Below are positions 41,317-52,174 of a DNA stretch of 64,000 nucleotides, in pieces. The stretch comes from Bacteroidota bacterium (GTDB lineage: Bacteria > Bacteroidota > Bacteroidia > AKYH767-A > 2013-40CM-41-45). The stretch lies in assembly GCA_043747595.1 (NCBI GenBank), contig JAYTOX010000065.1:4679-68678 (forward strand), written 5' to 3'. Positions within the stretch are counted from its first letter, which is position 1. The number at the start of each line of letters is the position of its first letter. The translations under genes and the position numbers were made by a program. The notes beneath the pieces were generated by a model. That model saw nothing but the letters and a program-made list of their open reading frames with translations. It ran no database searches and was not told the DNA's origin.

Positions 41317-44300
41317 ATGAATAAGACACTGTTACTAATTGCTTTTGTTTTTATTTCTATAAAGTCAACAGCAAAAAATTACTTTCAACAAAAGGTAGAT
41401 TATAAAATTCACGTTACACTTGATGATATACATCACACACTTTCGGCTAATGAAACTTTCGTTTACACGAACAACTCATCAGAATCATTAAATGAAATTT
41501 ACATTCATCTTTATCCGAATGCTTACAAGAATACAAGCACCTTTCTAGCAAAAGAATATTTCAACACTGGATCAGATAAGATGTTACTTGCATCCGAAAA
41601 CGATTTGGGCTACATCGATTCACTTTCATTTTCAGTCGATGGAAAATTGGCCAATTGGAATTTACTGCAAGACACAATAGATATCGGAAAAATTAAACTA
41701 GCTACTCCACTATTGCCTGGACAAAAAATTACTGTCAGTACGCCATTCAAAATAAAAATCCCTTCAGATCAACTCTCACGACTTGGCCATAATGGGCAGG
41801 CTTATTTTATAACACAATGGTTTCCTAAACCGGCAGTGTTTGATAAAAATGGTTGGAATTATTTTAGCTATTTAGATAAGGGAGAATACTACAGCGAGTT
41901 TGGTAGTTTCGACGTGACGATCAATTTACCGGCGAACTATGTTGTTGGTGCCACAGGTGAATTAGTTGATGGCGAAGAAGAATTGATATGGTTAAATGAA
42001 AAGGCAAAAGAAACTGCCTCAATCATTACATTCCCTACAACGATGGAATTTCCTGCATCAGTTAAAGAACGAAAAACATTACATTATCATCAGGACAATG
42101 TTCACGACTTTGCATGGTTTGCCGATAAAAGATGGCATGTATTAAAAGGAGAAGTAGAATTACCAATGAGTAAAAGAAAAGTAACTACATGGTCGATGTT
42201 TACCAATGCAGAAGCAGCTATGTGGAAAATGAGTCCGGAATATATTTCACGTACATTGAAATACATGTCACAGTGGGTTGGTGAATATCCTTATTCAACT
42301 TGCACAGCTGTTGATGTAACAGAAGCTTCAGGTGATGGGATGGAATATCCGACGATTACAGCAATTGGAAGTTATGGCGATCCATTTGAGTTAGACGTTA
42401 CTATTGTGCATGAAGTAGCGCATAATTGGTTTTATGGAATCTTGGGAAGCAATGAACGCTATCACCCATGGATGGACGAAGGGTTTACAAATTTTTGTGA
42501 AACAAGATATGTTTATACGTACTATAAAAATGATTCTATTAAGCAATTAGAGAACATATCAACTTTTAAGAAATTGAAAAACATTCTTTCATTGTCGGCG
42601 TTGAATCATAAAGATTTGCAGTACTTAGGTTATTTAGCAGGTGCTCGGAAACACAGTGATGTATCGCAAGATCAAGCAGCACAAAATTTATCGAGAGCCA
42701 ATTACAGAGGCGATGTTTACTATAAAACAAGCGTATCTGTCGACTATTTAAAAGCTTATTTAGGCGATTCTTTATTCGATCGTTGTATGAATAATTATTT
42801 TGATCAATGGAAATTTAAACATCCTGATCCGGATGATTTAAAAAATGCATTTGTAAGTGCTTCAGGAAAAAATTTAGATTGGTTTTTCGATAACTTAATG
42901 CGCTCTAGTAAAAAAATTGATTATTCATTTAAAAAATTAACTCAACGGAATGATACAATCACACTATCTATTAAAAATAAAGAACAAATAAATTCACCAC
43001 TTTGGGTTAGTACATATTTTCAGGGTAAAAAGCTAAACAACAAATTGATCGAAGGATTTTCCGGCTTGAAAAAAATTGAAACGGGATATACAACAGGCTA
43101 TAGCTATAAGATCGATGGCGAAAATGAAATTCCTGAGTTAGAAAGGAGAAACAATACAATCCGTTCAAGTGGAATATTTAAAAAGACAGAAAAGTTAAAG
43201 TTGAAATTTTTATCAGGCATTGAAAATCCCGATAGAACAACAATCTATTTCATTCCTGTTGTTGGATATAATTTATATAATTCAGTGATGCCGGGAATTG
43301 TAGTCCACAATATTAATTTCTTTGAGAAAAAATTTGAGTACGCAATAATGCCTTTGTATGGAAGTAGAACAAAAGATATTTCAGGCGGTTTAAATTTGCA
43401 ATATCATGTTTACCTTAACAATAATACATTCAGAAAAATAACATTCGAAGAAACAATTGGACATTATGGGTATGCAGAAGATTTTTACTCTCCGCTCGAC
43501 AATTCATACAACTACCATCACATTCAAGAATTCACAAAATTCGATACTCGAGTAATCATTCAACTAAAGCGACCTCATCCACAAAAAGACATTAGAAAAG
43601 AAATTGAAGTAAGAGATGTTTTTGTGAGACGCGACATTCCATTCAATTCATTTTATGCACCGCAGGAAATAGATTACAATTATTTGAAATTAGAATATCG
43701 CAGAGTGAATAACAATCCTCTGGACGCTAGTAGCCAGAAATTTTTTGCTTTAATGAATAAAGATTTTATACAACTGAATGCAGAGTTAAAACAATTCTTT
43801 TGCTATGGCGAGCTGAACAAAGGTGCAAGCATTCGATTTTTTGCAGGCTTCACAAAAATTAACAATGAGATACAACGTGATGTTGATTATCGTTATAACT
43901 TAAGCGGAACAACAGGCGCAACAGATTATTTATATGACGATATATTTATAGGACGCACAGAAACCGATGGCATCTGGTCACAACAGTTTAGTAGAACAGG
44001 CGCTGGATTTACAGCACCTACTTTTTTTTACAGGAAGGCAGAGAAATGGATTACAGGACTAAACGCTTCCACTACACTTCCCGGACTTATTCCTTTCAAA
44101 TTATATGCAAATGTTGGAACTTTCGACAATACCGAATTGAGTTTTATCGGATTCAAAGGAATATCATGGGAACTTGGAGTAGAATTTCCGGTAATAAAGA
44201 ACGTTCTTACAATTTACTTCCCATTTGCTTACAGTAAAGACATCCAATACGCCATTGACTCTCAAAATTTGAATTTTGGAAATACTATTCGATTTGAATT

Positions 44301-44352
44301 ACATTTGCAGAATCTAAATCCATTAACTTACATCCGTAATATTTATAAATAG
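41317..44352 (+). CDS. M1-family zinc metallopeptidase (aminopeptidase N-like) with long C-terminal extension
   Basis: 'HEVAHNWFYG' plus 'WMDEGF' (HExxH-x18-E). The ORF-track start was a TTG at 41296; the start was moved to the ATG that opens the signal peptide (MNKTLLL). Confidence 0.75.
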   Translation: MNKTLLLIAFVFISIKSTAKNYFQQKVDYKIHVTLDDIHHTLSANETFVYTNNSSESLNEIYIHLYPNAYKNTSTFLAKEYFNTGSDKMLLASENDLGYIDSLSFSVDGKLANWNLLQDTIDIGKIKLATPLLPGQKITVSTPFKIKIPSDQLSRLGHNGQAYFITQWFPKPAVFDKNGWNYFSYLDKGEYYSEFGSFDVTINLPANYVVGATGELVDGEEELIWLNEKAKETASIITFPTTMEFPASVKERKTLHYHQDNVHDFAWFADKRWHVLKGEVELPMSKRKVTTWSMFTNAEAAMWKMSPEYISRTLKYMSQWVGEYPYSTCTAVDVTEASGDGMEYPTITAIGSYGDPFELDVTIVHEVAHNWFYGILGSNERYHPWMDEGFTNFCETRYVYTYYKNDSIKQLENISTFKKLKNILSLSALNHKDLQYLGYLAGARKHSDVSQDQAAQNLSRANYRGDVYYKTSVSVDYLKAYLGDSLFDRCMNNYFDQWKFKHPDPDDLKNAFVSASGKNLDWFFDNLMRSSKKIDYSFKKLTQRNDTITLSIKNKEQINSPLWVSTYFQGKKLNNKLIEGFSGLKKIETGYTTGYSYKIDGENEIPELERRNNTIRSSGIFKKTEKLKLKFLSGIENPDRTTIYFIPVVGYNLYNSVMPGIVVHNINFFEKKFEYAIMPLYGSRTKDISGGLNLQYHVYLNNNTFRKITFEETIGHYGYAEDFYSPLDNSYNYHHIQEFTKFDTRVIIQLKRPHPQKDIRKEIEVRDVFVRRDIPFNSFYAPQEIDYNYLKLEYRRVNNNPLDASSQKFFALMNKDFIQLNAELKQFFCYGELNKGASIRFFAGFTKINNEIQRDVDYRYNLSGTTGATDYLYDDIFIGRTETDGIWSQQFSRTGAGFTAPTFFYRKAEKWITGLNASTTLPGLIPFKLYANVGTFDNTELSFIGFKGISWELGVEFPVIKNVLTIYFPFAYSKDIQYAIDSQNLNFGNTIRFELHLQNLNPLTYIRNIYK

Positions 44353-45104
44353 TGATTCCCGGAAAAAAAATTTATTTCGCTTCAGACTTTCACCTTGGTG
44401 TTCCTACCTATGAAAAAAGTTTGGTGCGTGAAAAAAAGATTGTCAAGTGGCTAGATTCAATAAAAGTTGATGCCGAAGAATTGTATTTAATGGGCGATGT
44501 ATTTGATTTTTGGTTTGAATATAAAACCGTTGCTCCCAGAGGATACGTTCGACTGTTAGGAAAGCTTGCAGAGTTATCGGATGCCGGGATAAAACTGTTT
44601 TATTTTACCGGAAATCATGACATGTGGACGTTCGATTATTTACAAAAAGAACTTAATGCTACTATTTACCGGGAACCTATAGAACAGAATTACAATGGGA
44701 AAAACTTTTACATTGGTCATGGCGACGGACTAGGGCCGGGTGATCATGGTTATAAATTCATAAAAAAAATATTTGCCAGTTCTATTTGTCAATGGCTATT
44801 TGCACGCCTTCATCCTAATTTTGGAATTGGCTTAGCAAATTATTTTTCTAAAAAAAGCAGAGTTGCGACTGGCACTACCGATGAAAAATATTTAGGCGAA
44901 GAAAAAGAATGGCTTGTTATTTACTCGAAAGAACTTCTCGCTAAAAAACATTTCGATTATTTAATATTTGGTCATCGACATTTGCCATTAGACATTACAA
45001 TTAATGAAAATAGCCGATATGTAAATTTGGGCGATTGGATACAATATTTTACCTACGGAGTATTTGACGGAAAAGATTTTCAGCTTCTTAAATACGAAGA
45101 CTAA
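44352..45104 (+). CDS. lpxH: UDP-2,3-diacylglucosamine diphosphatase-like metallophosphoesterase
   Basis: 'DFHLG', 'GDVFDFW' and 'GNHDMW'. It has a GTG start that overlaps the upstream stop. Confidence 0.55.
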   Translation: MIPGKKIYFASDFHLGVPTYEKSLVREKKIVKWLDSIKVDAEELYLMGDVFDFWFEYKTVAPRGYVRLLGKLAELSDAGIKLFYFTGNHDMWTFDYLQKELNATIYREPIEQNYNGKNFYIGHGDGLGPGDHGYKFIKKIFASSICQWLFARLHPNFGIGLANYFSKKSRVATGTTDEKYLGEEKEWLVIYSKELLAKKHFDYLIFGHRHLPLDITINENSRYVNLGDWIQYFTYGVFDGKDFQLLKYED

Positions 45105-45148
45105 GTACTAACTCATAATTTGCAGTAGTCGAACAATCTTTTAGTTTA

Positions 45149-45817
45149 CTAAAGCAATTGTTCAAAGAAGGCGCCAATTTTCCTGACTTTATCAACCAAA
45201 TGAATTTCTAAAATCCAATCACGTTGATTACCGTTTTTATCGGGTAAAGAAAGGAGGTCGTTATTTTCCGGATGAATGTATAGTTCAATTATGTTTTTCC
45301 CGATACGCTCATGAGGAAACTGACCAACAATATGTCCTGCTATTTCACCACCAAACTCCCATCCTAATTGTTGAGCTCTTTTAAAACAATGCAAGTACAA
45401 CTGACTACAAGAAAGATTTTTTTGCTGATGAGTCCAATCTCTCACTTCAAACCATAATCGTTCAACATCTTCTTTCAGTTTTATTTTTACCGGATTATTT
45501 CCTAAAACGTATGTTCGTCCAAAATCAGCTTCCCATTCATCAAAAACAGGACCGAAATCAAAAAACAAAATATCATCTTCTTGAATTATTCGATTAGGCG
45601 GATTCTCATCGTACGGATGCAATGTGTTTTCTCCAGCTCGTACAATTCTTTTATGCCAAAATTTTTCAATTCCGAAGTCATCGTAAGCCAATTCGTAGAT
45701 TTCTTCGTTGAGTTGTTTTTCTGTTTTCCCGGCAACGATTAACGATTTGTCTTCAATGGCATGAAATAATTCTTCAGCTTTCTTTTCAGCTTCAATAAGT
45801 GCTTGTTTACTGTTCAT
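45149..45817 (-). CDS. M24-family (pita-bread fold) peptidase-like protein, short form
   Basis: 'DFGPVFDEWEADFGRTY' and 'AGHIVG' ... 'EIH' resemble M24 metal-ligand motifs. Confidence 0.45.
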   Translation of the reverse strand: MNSKQALIEAEKKAEELFHAIEDKSLIVAGKTEKQLNEEIYELAYDDFGIEKFWHKRIVRAGENTLHPYDENPPNRIIQEDDILFFDFGPVFDEWEADFGRTYVLGNNPVKIKLKEDVERLWFEVRDWTHQQKNLSCSQLYLHCFKRAQQLGWEFGGEIAGHIVGQFPHERIGKNIIELYIHPENNDLLSLPDKNGNQRDWILEIHLVDKVRKIGAFFEQLL

Positions 45818-45850
45818 TATTTTAAATGATTAATAAGAAAAAATAAAATT

Positions 45851-46303
45851 CTACTTCTCTTCAGCTGTGGTTTTGATTTTAATTAGAATTGGATTCCACC
45901 CTTCACCTCCATTGTAAGCTTCTGCATATCTCCTTTGGCCGTCGCCAACCAAATTATAATCGCCTTGAGTTACGACTAAAGTTACCTCACCGCTTTTTTC
46001 AGCCAAGTCATACGTTACAGTTAAATAATTTTCTGGAAGATCGAGAAGAGAAGAGTGAGGATCGAATACCGTATAGGAAAGATGTTTCATTGGGATGATA
46101 GAAACGATATTCCCTTTAACAGCAGTAAACGGTTTCCCTTCATAAATCATTTCCCAAGTGAGCGCATCACCATCCTGCCAGTTCGATAATGCCTCGCAAC
46201 CAAACATGTATTTTTTTGTTTCCTCCGGATCTGTTAAAGTTTTCCAAACCTTAGCGAGATCAGAATTAATAACGATGGTATTTGTAATAAATAATTTGTT
46301 CAT
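45851..46303 (-). CDS. SRPBCC (AHSA1-like) family protein
   Basis: 150 aa, with an 'INSDLAKVWKTLTDPE' opening typical of the family. Confidence 0.55.
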   Translation of the reverse strand: MNKLFITNTIVINSDLAKVWKTLTDPEETKKYMFGCEALSNWQDGDALTWEMIYEGKPFTAVKGNIVSIIPMKHLSYTVFDPHSSLLDLPENYLTVTYDLAEKSGEVTLVVTQGDYNLVGDGQRRYAEAYNGGEGWNPILIKIKTTAEEK

Positions 46304-46374
46304 ATAAAATTAAATAAAAACGGATTAATTACTTACACTAATTAAAATTCCTGAAAATCCGAAATTTTCAAGTC

Positions 46375-47229
46375 TCATATATTATATTCCTTCCTCCAAT
46401 AATATTCAGCCAAATTACCTATAGGATGTTGAATTATTTTATCCACTTGAGCATTCTTTTCATTTCCAACTTTGCGAACAATCTCTTGAAAATAGAAAGC
46501 AATACTTCCGACAAAGTGAATTTTTATTTTTTTAAAATTATCATAGCCACAAACCGACAAATCAAAAAACTCTTCGATCCCTTTTGTTACTTGTTGAATT
46601 ATCCACGGATCATTTTTATTCTCTGTAAAGAACTTCGCAAAAGAAGCTAACCAAACATTTGCATTCGGGTTATTGTAAACATGAGCAATCATAATCTCTT
46701 TACTCATTACAGACTCTTCTTCAAACTTCGCCTTTAAATTTTTCGGTAATATATTATACAGATAATGAGCTATAAGTTTTTTACCAAAATATGATCCACT
46801 ACCTTCATCGCCCATAATAAAACCAAGTCCGTAATTATTTTTGTGGATATTTTTTCCATCAAAATAACACGAATTACTTCCTGTACCTAAGATGCAAGAA
46901 ATACCGGCTTCATCACCGCAAGTTGCAAGAACAGCTGCCTTCACATCATGATCAACTACAATTTGAGCATCAATAAAAAATTTACCCAACGCTTTGCTTA
47001 CAATTTGGATTCTATCATTGCTAGAACAACCGGCACCAAAGAAGAAAATTTTTTCTATATTTTCTGCAATTTCCGATAGCGCTTTGCTTTTTTGAAGAAC
47101 ATTGAATATAAAACTTTCATCGTGGAAGTACGGATTAAATCCAACTGTACTAACTTTTTCTCCAATGCCTGTACTTTCAACAATGACCCAATCAGCTTTT
47201 GTAGATCCACTGTCGGCTACCAATATCAT
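46375..47229 (-). CDS. BadF/BadG/BcrA/BcrD-type ATPase (N-acetylglucosamine kinase-like)
   Basis: N-terminal 'LVADSGSTKADW'; 284 aa. Confidence 0.7.
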   Translation of the reverse strand: MILVADSGSTKADWVIVESTGIGEKVSTVGFNPYFHDESFIFNVLQKSKALSEIAENIEKIFFFGAGCSSNDRIQIVSKALGKFFIDAQIVVDHDVKAAVLATCGDEAGISCILGTGSNSCYFDGKNIHKNNYGLGFIMGDEGSGSYFGKKLIAHYLYNILPKNLKAKFEEESVMSKEIMIAHVYNNPNANVWLASFAKFFTENKNDPWIIQQVTKGIEEFFDLSVCGYDNFKKIKIHFVGSIAFYFQEIVRKVGNEKNAQVDKIIQHPIGNLAEYYWRKEYNI

Positions 47230-47270
47230 AGATTAATTTTTAAAATTAGAATTAACTTTATAGAGAATAC

Positions 47271-48908
47271 CTAAAGAATAAAATCGGTACTTAAGAAAGA
47301 CGATTTTCGTTCGTCCAATATTTCAGTAAGGATACTTTTGTTTAAGTCATTGTCTTTAGTCGCTACCAATGTACGAATACTAAAAACACGAAGCGCATCA
47401 CTCACGCTCAATGTTCCTTCGGCAGAATCTTTTCTTCCATTGAATGGAAATACATCAGGGCCACGTTGACATTGACTATTGATATTTACCCTACAAACTT
47501 GATTAACCAATGGATCAATCAGCTGAGCTATTTCATCTGCATTAGACCCGAAAATACTTACTTGTTGTCCATAGTTCGAATTAACAATGTAATCGATTGG
47601 TTCATTTACATCGGTAAATTCAATGACAGGAATTACCGGCCCGAATTGCTCTTCGTTGTAAATGCGCATCGATGGAAGTATGCCTGTTAAAACAGCCGGA
47701 TACATGAAACTTTCATTTACCTCGCCTCCATTTTTATTGATTACCGTTGCTCCTTTTGCAACAGCATCATCAATCAGATCTTTCAAATAGTTGGTTTTTC
47801 CTTTTTCCGGCAAAGGAGTTAACATTACATTTTCTTCCCAAGGCATGCCTGCTTTTAGAAGTTCCAACTTTTGACAATATTTTTCAAGAAAAGATTTAGC
47901 AATCGATTTGTGAACAAAAATCATTTTCAATGCTGTGCATCGCTGACCATTGAACGATAAAGATCCGGTGATGCATTCACTCACTGTCATTTCAAGCTCG
48001 GCATCAGGTAGAATGATAGCAGGATTTTTAGCTTCAAGTCCTAGCGCACCTCTCAAACGATTAGGAAATGGATGTTGCTTCTTCAATATGTTTGCAACAC
48101 GACTAGTACCAATAAATGCCAGGCAATCAATTTTTCCCGAAGCCATTAGAGTTCCACTTGTTTCTGCTCCTTCACCATAAATAATATTGATAACACCTTT
48201 GGGAAAAGAGTCGCGAAAAATTTCCAGCAACGGCCTATGTAATAAAACACCATATTTAGCAGGTTTAAAAATTACTGAGTTACCCATGATAAGCGCGGGT
48301 ATCAAATTACAGTAGGTTTCATTTAGCGGATAATTGTATGGGCCCATACACAGAACAACACCAAGCGGACCTCGACGAATTTGCGCATAAACACCTTGCA
48401 CTTTTTGAATGCGTGAACTATCACGATCTAACGTTTTCAGAGCATCTATCGTGTCTTGAATATAATCAATGGTACGATCAAATTCTTTTTGAGAGTCAGA
48501 AAAACTTTTACCAATTTCCCACATAATCATTTTCACAACATCATCACGCTTCTCTTTCATTCGCTTTGTGAAATTCACCATGTGTTCTATTCGCTTTCTG
48601 ATACTCATGGTAGCCCACTCACCTCTTCCATTATTATAAGAAGTTACAGCAGCATCCAAAGCTTTTAGCGCTGCTTCTTTATTCAAAATTGGTTGTGAGC
48701 CTAAACGAACTTGTTTAGTAACACCATTTTCATTTACAAAAATAGGTGAGTAAACATCTTTTACAGGTCCGTTCCATTTTAATATTTCACCATTGATCAA
48801 ATATTCAGTTTGCTCGATTTCAGCTTTGATCTTCAAATTATCGGGTATATCTTTTAAGCTAGGAAAAATATTTTCTAATTTCGAATTGCTTGCGGAGTTT
48901 GTTATCAT
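47271..48908 (-). CDS. aldehyde dehydrogenase family protein (possibly GapN-like)
   Basis: Catalytic 'FNGQRCTA', 'GPYNYPL', and a 'LGLEAKNP' Glu region. Confidence 0.7.
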   Translation of the reverse strand: MITNSASNSKLENIFPSLKDIPDNLKIKAEIEQTEYLINGEILKWNGPVKDVYSPIFVNENGVTKQVRLGSQPILNKEAALKALDAAVTSYNNGRGEWATMSIRKRIEHMVNFTKRMKEKRDDVVKMIMWEIGKSFSDSQKEFDRTIDYIQDTIDALKTLDRDSSRIQKVQGVYAQIRRGPLGVVLCMGPYNYPLNETYCNLIPALIMGNSVIFKPAKYGVLLHRPLLEIFRDSFPKGVINIIYGEGAETSGTLMASGKIDCLAFIGTSRVANILKKQHPFPNRLRGALGLEAKNPAIILPDAELEMTVSECITGSLSFNGQRCTALKMIFVHKSIAKSFLEKYCQKLELLKAGMPWEENVMLTPLPEKGKTNYLKDLIDDAVAKGATVINKNGGEVNESFMYPAVLTGILPSMRIYNEEQFGPVIPVIEFTDVNEPIDYIVNSNYGQQVSIFGSNADEIAQLIDPLVNQVCRVNINSQCQRGPDVFPFNGRKDSAEGTLSVSDALRVFSIRTLVATKDNDLNKSILTEILDERKSSFLSTDFIL

Positions 48909-48952
48909 TCTAATATTTTAAGTAAAGGTACATTAATTCAATCTACTCATTT

Positions 48953-49939
48953 TTACATAGCCAAAATAGATGCTAATCTAATGAGATTATTATCCAATTC
49001 AAATTGATTTGTTGTTGCCAGTTTTAAATCAGTTAACTTTATTTTATTATCCATTAGCCCAACCATTTTTTTCGATTCGCCTGCTATAAGAGATTCCACT
49101 GCTTGTGCTCCTAATCGACTAGCAAGTACACGATCGAAACAAGAAGGACTACCTCCACGTTGAAGATGCCCTAATATGGTGACTTTTGTGTCGTAGAACT
49201 TAAATTTCTTTTTTACTTTTTCTGCAATCTTGAGTGCACCACCACTTCTATCTCCTTCAGCAATGATTACTATGCTTGAGGCTTTTTTATTTTTCGCTCC
49301 CGTTTTTAATATTTTAATCAAATCTTCAAAGTTCGTTTGACGCTCCGGTAATAAAATTGCTTCCGATCCACCTGCAATCCCTGACCAAAGCGCAATGCAG
49401 CCGGAGTCTCTGCCCATTACTTCTATAAAAAATAATCGGTTGTGCGATGCTGCTGTATCTCTTATCTTGTCAATAGCTTCAATCGTAGTATTAGTAGCTG
49501 TGTCGAAGCCGATGGTATAGTCTGTTCCGTATAAATCGTTGTCAATCGTACCCGGAACACCAATAACTGGAACATCATAGCGATTAGAAAATTCTTCCGC
49601 TCCTTTAAAAGTTCCATCACCGCCAATGACCACTAAGCCATCAATTTTATTTGCCTTGAAATTTCGATAGGCCTTAGCCATACCTTTCTCCGTTTTAAAT
49701 TCAAGACATCGTGCTGTTTTTAAAATTGTACCACCTCTGTGAATAATATTGCTCACCGATCGAGAATTCATGGGTTTGATTGCATTTAGGATCAAGCCTT
49801 CATATCCTCTTGTAACACCCATAATCTGCTTATTGTAATAGATTGCAGTTCTTACAACTGCTCTAATTGCTGCATTCATGCCGGGAGCATCTCCTCCTGA
49901 GGTAAGTAATCCAATGCGTTTTATTTTGGGTTTAGTCAT
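48953..49939 (-). CDS. pfkA: ATP-dependent 6-phosphofructokinase
   Basis: 'IGLLTSGGDAPGMNAAIRAVV' and 'GGDGT'. Confidence 0.9.
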   Translation of the reverse strand: MTKPKIKRIGLLTSGGDAPGMNAAIRAVVRTAIYYNKQIMGVTRGYEGLILNAIKPMNSRSVSNIIHRGGTILKTARCLEFKTEKGMAKAYRNFKANKIDGLVVIGGDGTFKGAEEFSNRYDVPVIGVPGTIDNDLYGTDYTIGFDTATNTTIEAIDKIRDTAASHNRLFFIEVMGRDSGCIALWSGIAGGSEAILLPERQTNFEDLIKILKTGAKNKKASSIVIIAEGDRSGGALKIAEKVKKKFKFYDTKVTILGHLQRGGSPSCFDRVLASRLGAQAVESLIAGESKKMVGLMDNKIKLTDLKLATTNQFELDNNLIRLASILAM

Positions 49940-50136
49940 TTAATACAAGAATTGATAGTGTAAATTTTACACTAAGGTAAATATATGATCCAATTTTCCA
50001 AACTTTAAATGAAATAATTAACAATTTTCTCTCTTTTAAGAGAAAAAAACAAAAACTCATTAGTCATTAAAAAAATAAAAATATATTTTCAAAAAAAGTA
50101 AATAATAGAAATCGATTCTTTTAATTTGCACAACCG

Positions 50137-50832
50137 ATGACTAAAAGCAATCTTCCGAAACTTCACTCCGACTTCTCAGTCGATTGTGTAATTTTTGGAT
50201 TTGACGAAGGCGAATTAAAAATCTTGCTCATTGAAAGAAATAAATCTCCTTTTAGTGGATGGAAAGCGATACCCGGGAATTTGGTATTAGACAATGAAGA
50301 CCTTGACGATGCGGCTCAGAGAATCTTATATGAATTAACCGGACTTGATAATATTTATATGGATCAGTTTCACACTTTTGGAAAAACTGATCGTCACCCG
50401 CAAGGTCGCATAATTACAGTTGCCTACTACTCTATTATTAAACGAACTGATGAGGGTCTTCATCCAATAACTTCATTTGCTAAAAAAGCATTGTGGTGGC
50501 CGGCTAATACAATTCCTAAACTTGCTTTCGACCACAACGAAATTGCAACAAAAGCACTCGAATTAATCAGACACAAAATTAATTTTGAACCCTTGGCTTT
50601 TGAATTACTTCCGTCACGATTTACCTTAACAGAATTGCAACATGTGTATGAATCCATTGGTCAGAAGAGTATTGACAAAAGGAATTTTAGAAAAAAAATG
50701 CTGGCGTATGGTTTTCTTCAAGAGTTTGCAAAAAAACAAACCGGCGTTTCTCACCGTGCAGCAAAACTTTACAAGTTTAATAAAAAGAAATATGTGCAGC
50801 TGAAGAAAAGAGGTTTCAACTTTGAAATTTAA
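50137..50832 (+). CDS. NUDIX-domain protein with C-terminal winged-helix-like domain (NrtR-like)
   Basis: The N-terminal Nudix fold has a degenerate Nudix box. The ~100-aa C-terminal domain is basic. Confidence 0.5.
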   Translation: MTKSNLPKLHSDFSVDCVIFGFDEGELKILLIERNKSPFSGWKAIPGNLVLDNEDLDDAAQRILYELTGLDNIYMDQFHTFGKTDRHPQGRIITVAYYSIIKRTDEGLHPITSFAKKALWWPANTIPKLAFDHNEIATKALELIRHKINFEPLAFELLPSRFTLTELQHVYESIGQKSIDKRNFRKKMLAYGFLQEFAKKQTGVSHRAAKLYKFNKKKYVQLKKRGFNFEI

Positions 50833-50976
50833 AATGAATCGTCTTTATAGTTGAGCGACTTTCTAAACTCCACAATTTACTTTACTATTTCTCCAGCTAA
50901 TAAAAACTAAAATCAATTACAAAAAAAAATGGAAACACTTAGAGTGATTCCATTGAAATATATTTCTTAAAACGAA

Positions 50977-51756
50977 TTAGCGTACGATACTAATTTTTCC
51001 AGTCACCTTTTCTGTTTCTGTAGTAAGTGTGTAGTAGTAAATTCCACCTTTCAGACTTTCACCTTTTGAATCATCGCCTAACCAATAGTAGTTATGCTTG
51101 CCTGACGATTGCAACTCATTAAATAAAGTATTAACCAATCGACCCGTTACATCATAAATCGAAAGGCTTGCATTCTGATTGCTCTCCAGATTATATTCAA
51201 ATATTGTATGAGTCGAAAGTGGATTCGGGTAGTTTTTAATTGAAGCAGTACTGTTCGATAAACCTTGAATTCCTACCGAAGAAATTCCGGCTGTTACTCC
51301 GAAAAACTGACTTCCATCTGAATTAAAAATTTCCGGCGTGCCAGAACTTAGGTTCATGTAGATTTCGCTATTGTTTACATCTTTTCCGAAATTTGCTCCA
51401 GTAGCGTCTCTAAAAACCATTCCAATTCTATAAATCTGAGAACCGCTTACAGGGCCGTTAGCAGCTTGACTATAATAAACAATTGGATCAAAAGTTATTG
51501 TCCAAACATTATTGAGAAGATCAGTCATTTGACCAATGCCATCATCAGCTCCCCAATTACCAACATTATAATTCCAAGCTGAATTGTCTAATGGTCCAAC
51601 AATATCACTGGCACCGGAATGAAAATAAACTTTCTGTGCTCCTTGCAACGTTGAAGCTCCTTGTGTAGCATCATAGGTTATCGTTAGATTATATTGAGCA
51701 TAACCCACTATGGTCAATAAATTTAAAAACGTGGTGAGTAGTAGACTTTTTTTCAT
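50977..51756 (-). CDS. small secreted protein with T9SS type-A C-terminal sorting domain
   Basis: Signal peptide. The C-terminal ~80 aa read 'YPNPLS...SIYDVTGRLV...GKISIVR'. Confidence 0.65.
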   Translation of the reverse strand: MKKSLLLTTFLNLLTIVGYAQYNLTITYDATQGASTLQGAQKVYFHSGASDIVGPLDNSAWNYNVGNWGADDGIGQMTDLLNNVWTITFDPIVYYSQAANGPVSGSQIYRIGMVFRDATGANFGKDVNNSEIYMNLSSGTPEIFNSDGSQFFGVTAGISSVGIQGLSNSTASIKNYPNPLSTHTIFEYNLESNQNASLSIYDVTGRLVNTLFNELQSSGKHNYYWLGDDSKGESLKGGIYYYTLTTETEKVTGKISIVR

Positions 51757-52174
51757 TTTAACTGATTGAGGTTTGACTTGAAAACTAATGAAGTAAAAGT
51801 AGCTAAATCTTCTTGTTTCTCAAACAATTAATTTCTCGAACTCTAACATAAAAAAGCGATTATTTTGCACGAGGAAGGCTTAACTTTTCCTTCAACCCTC
51901 TTTCCCTTAAACAGAATACTTGCAAAGAACTTAATTTGCAAATATTTCAATTGATAACTAGATCTTAATTCAACATTGACAATACTGAAATTACTTGAAT
52001 CGTCATCAACAACCACTAAAACAAAACCACCTTCCGCCTTTTGAAAAATGATGATAAAATGGTTAACAACATAAATTCACTAGTACTATAGTCGATTAGT
52101 AATTAAAAGTATATTGCTAATCTATAATGCATCAAGAAACTAAAAAATAAACGTTCACTTATCACTTAAAAAAT

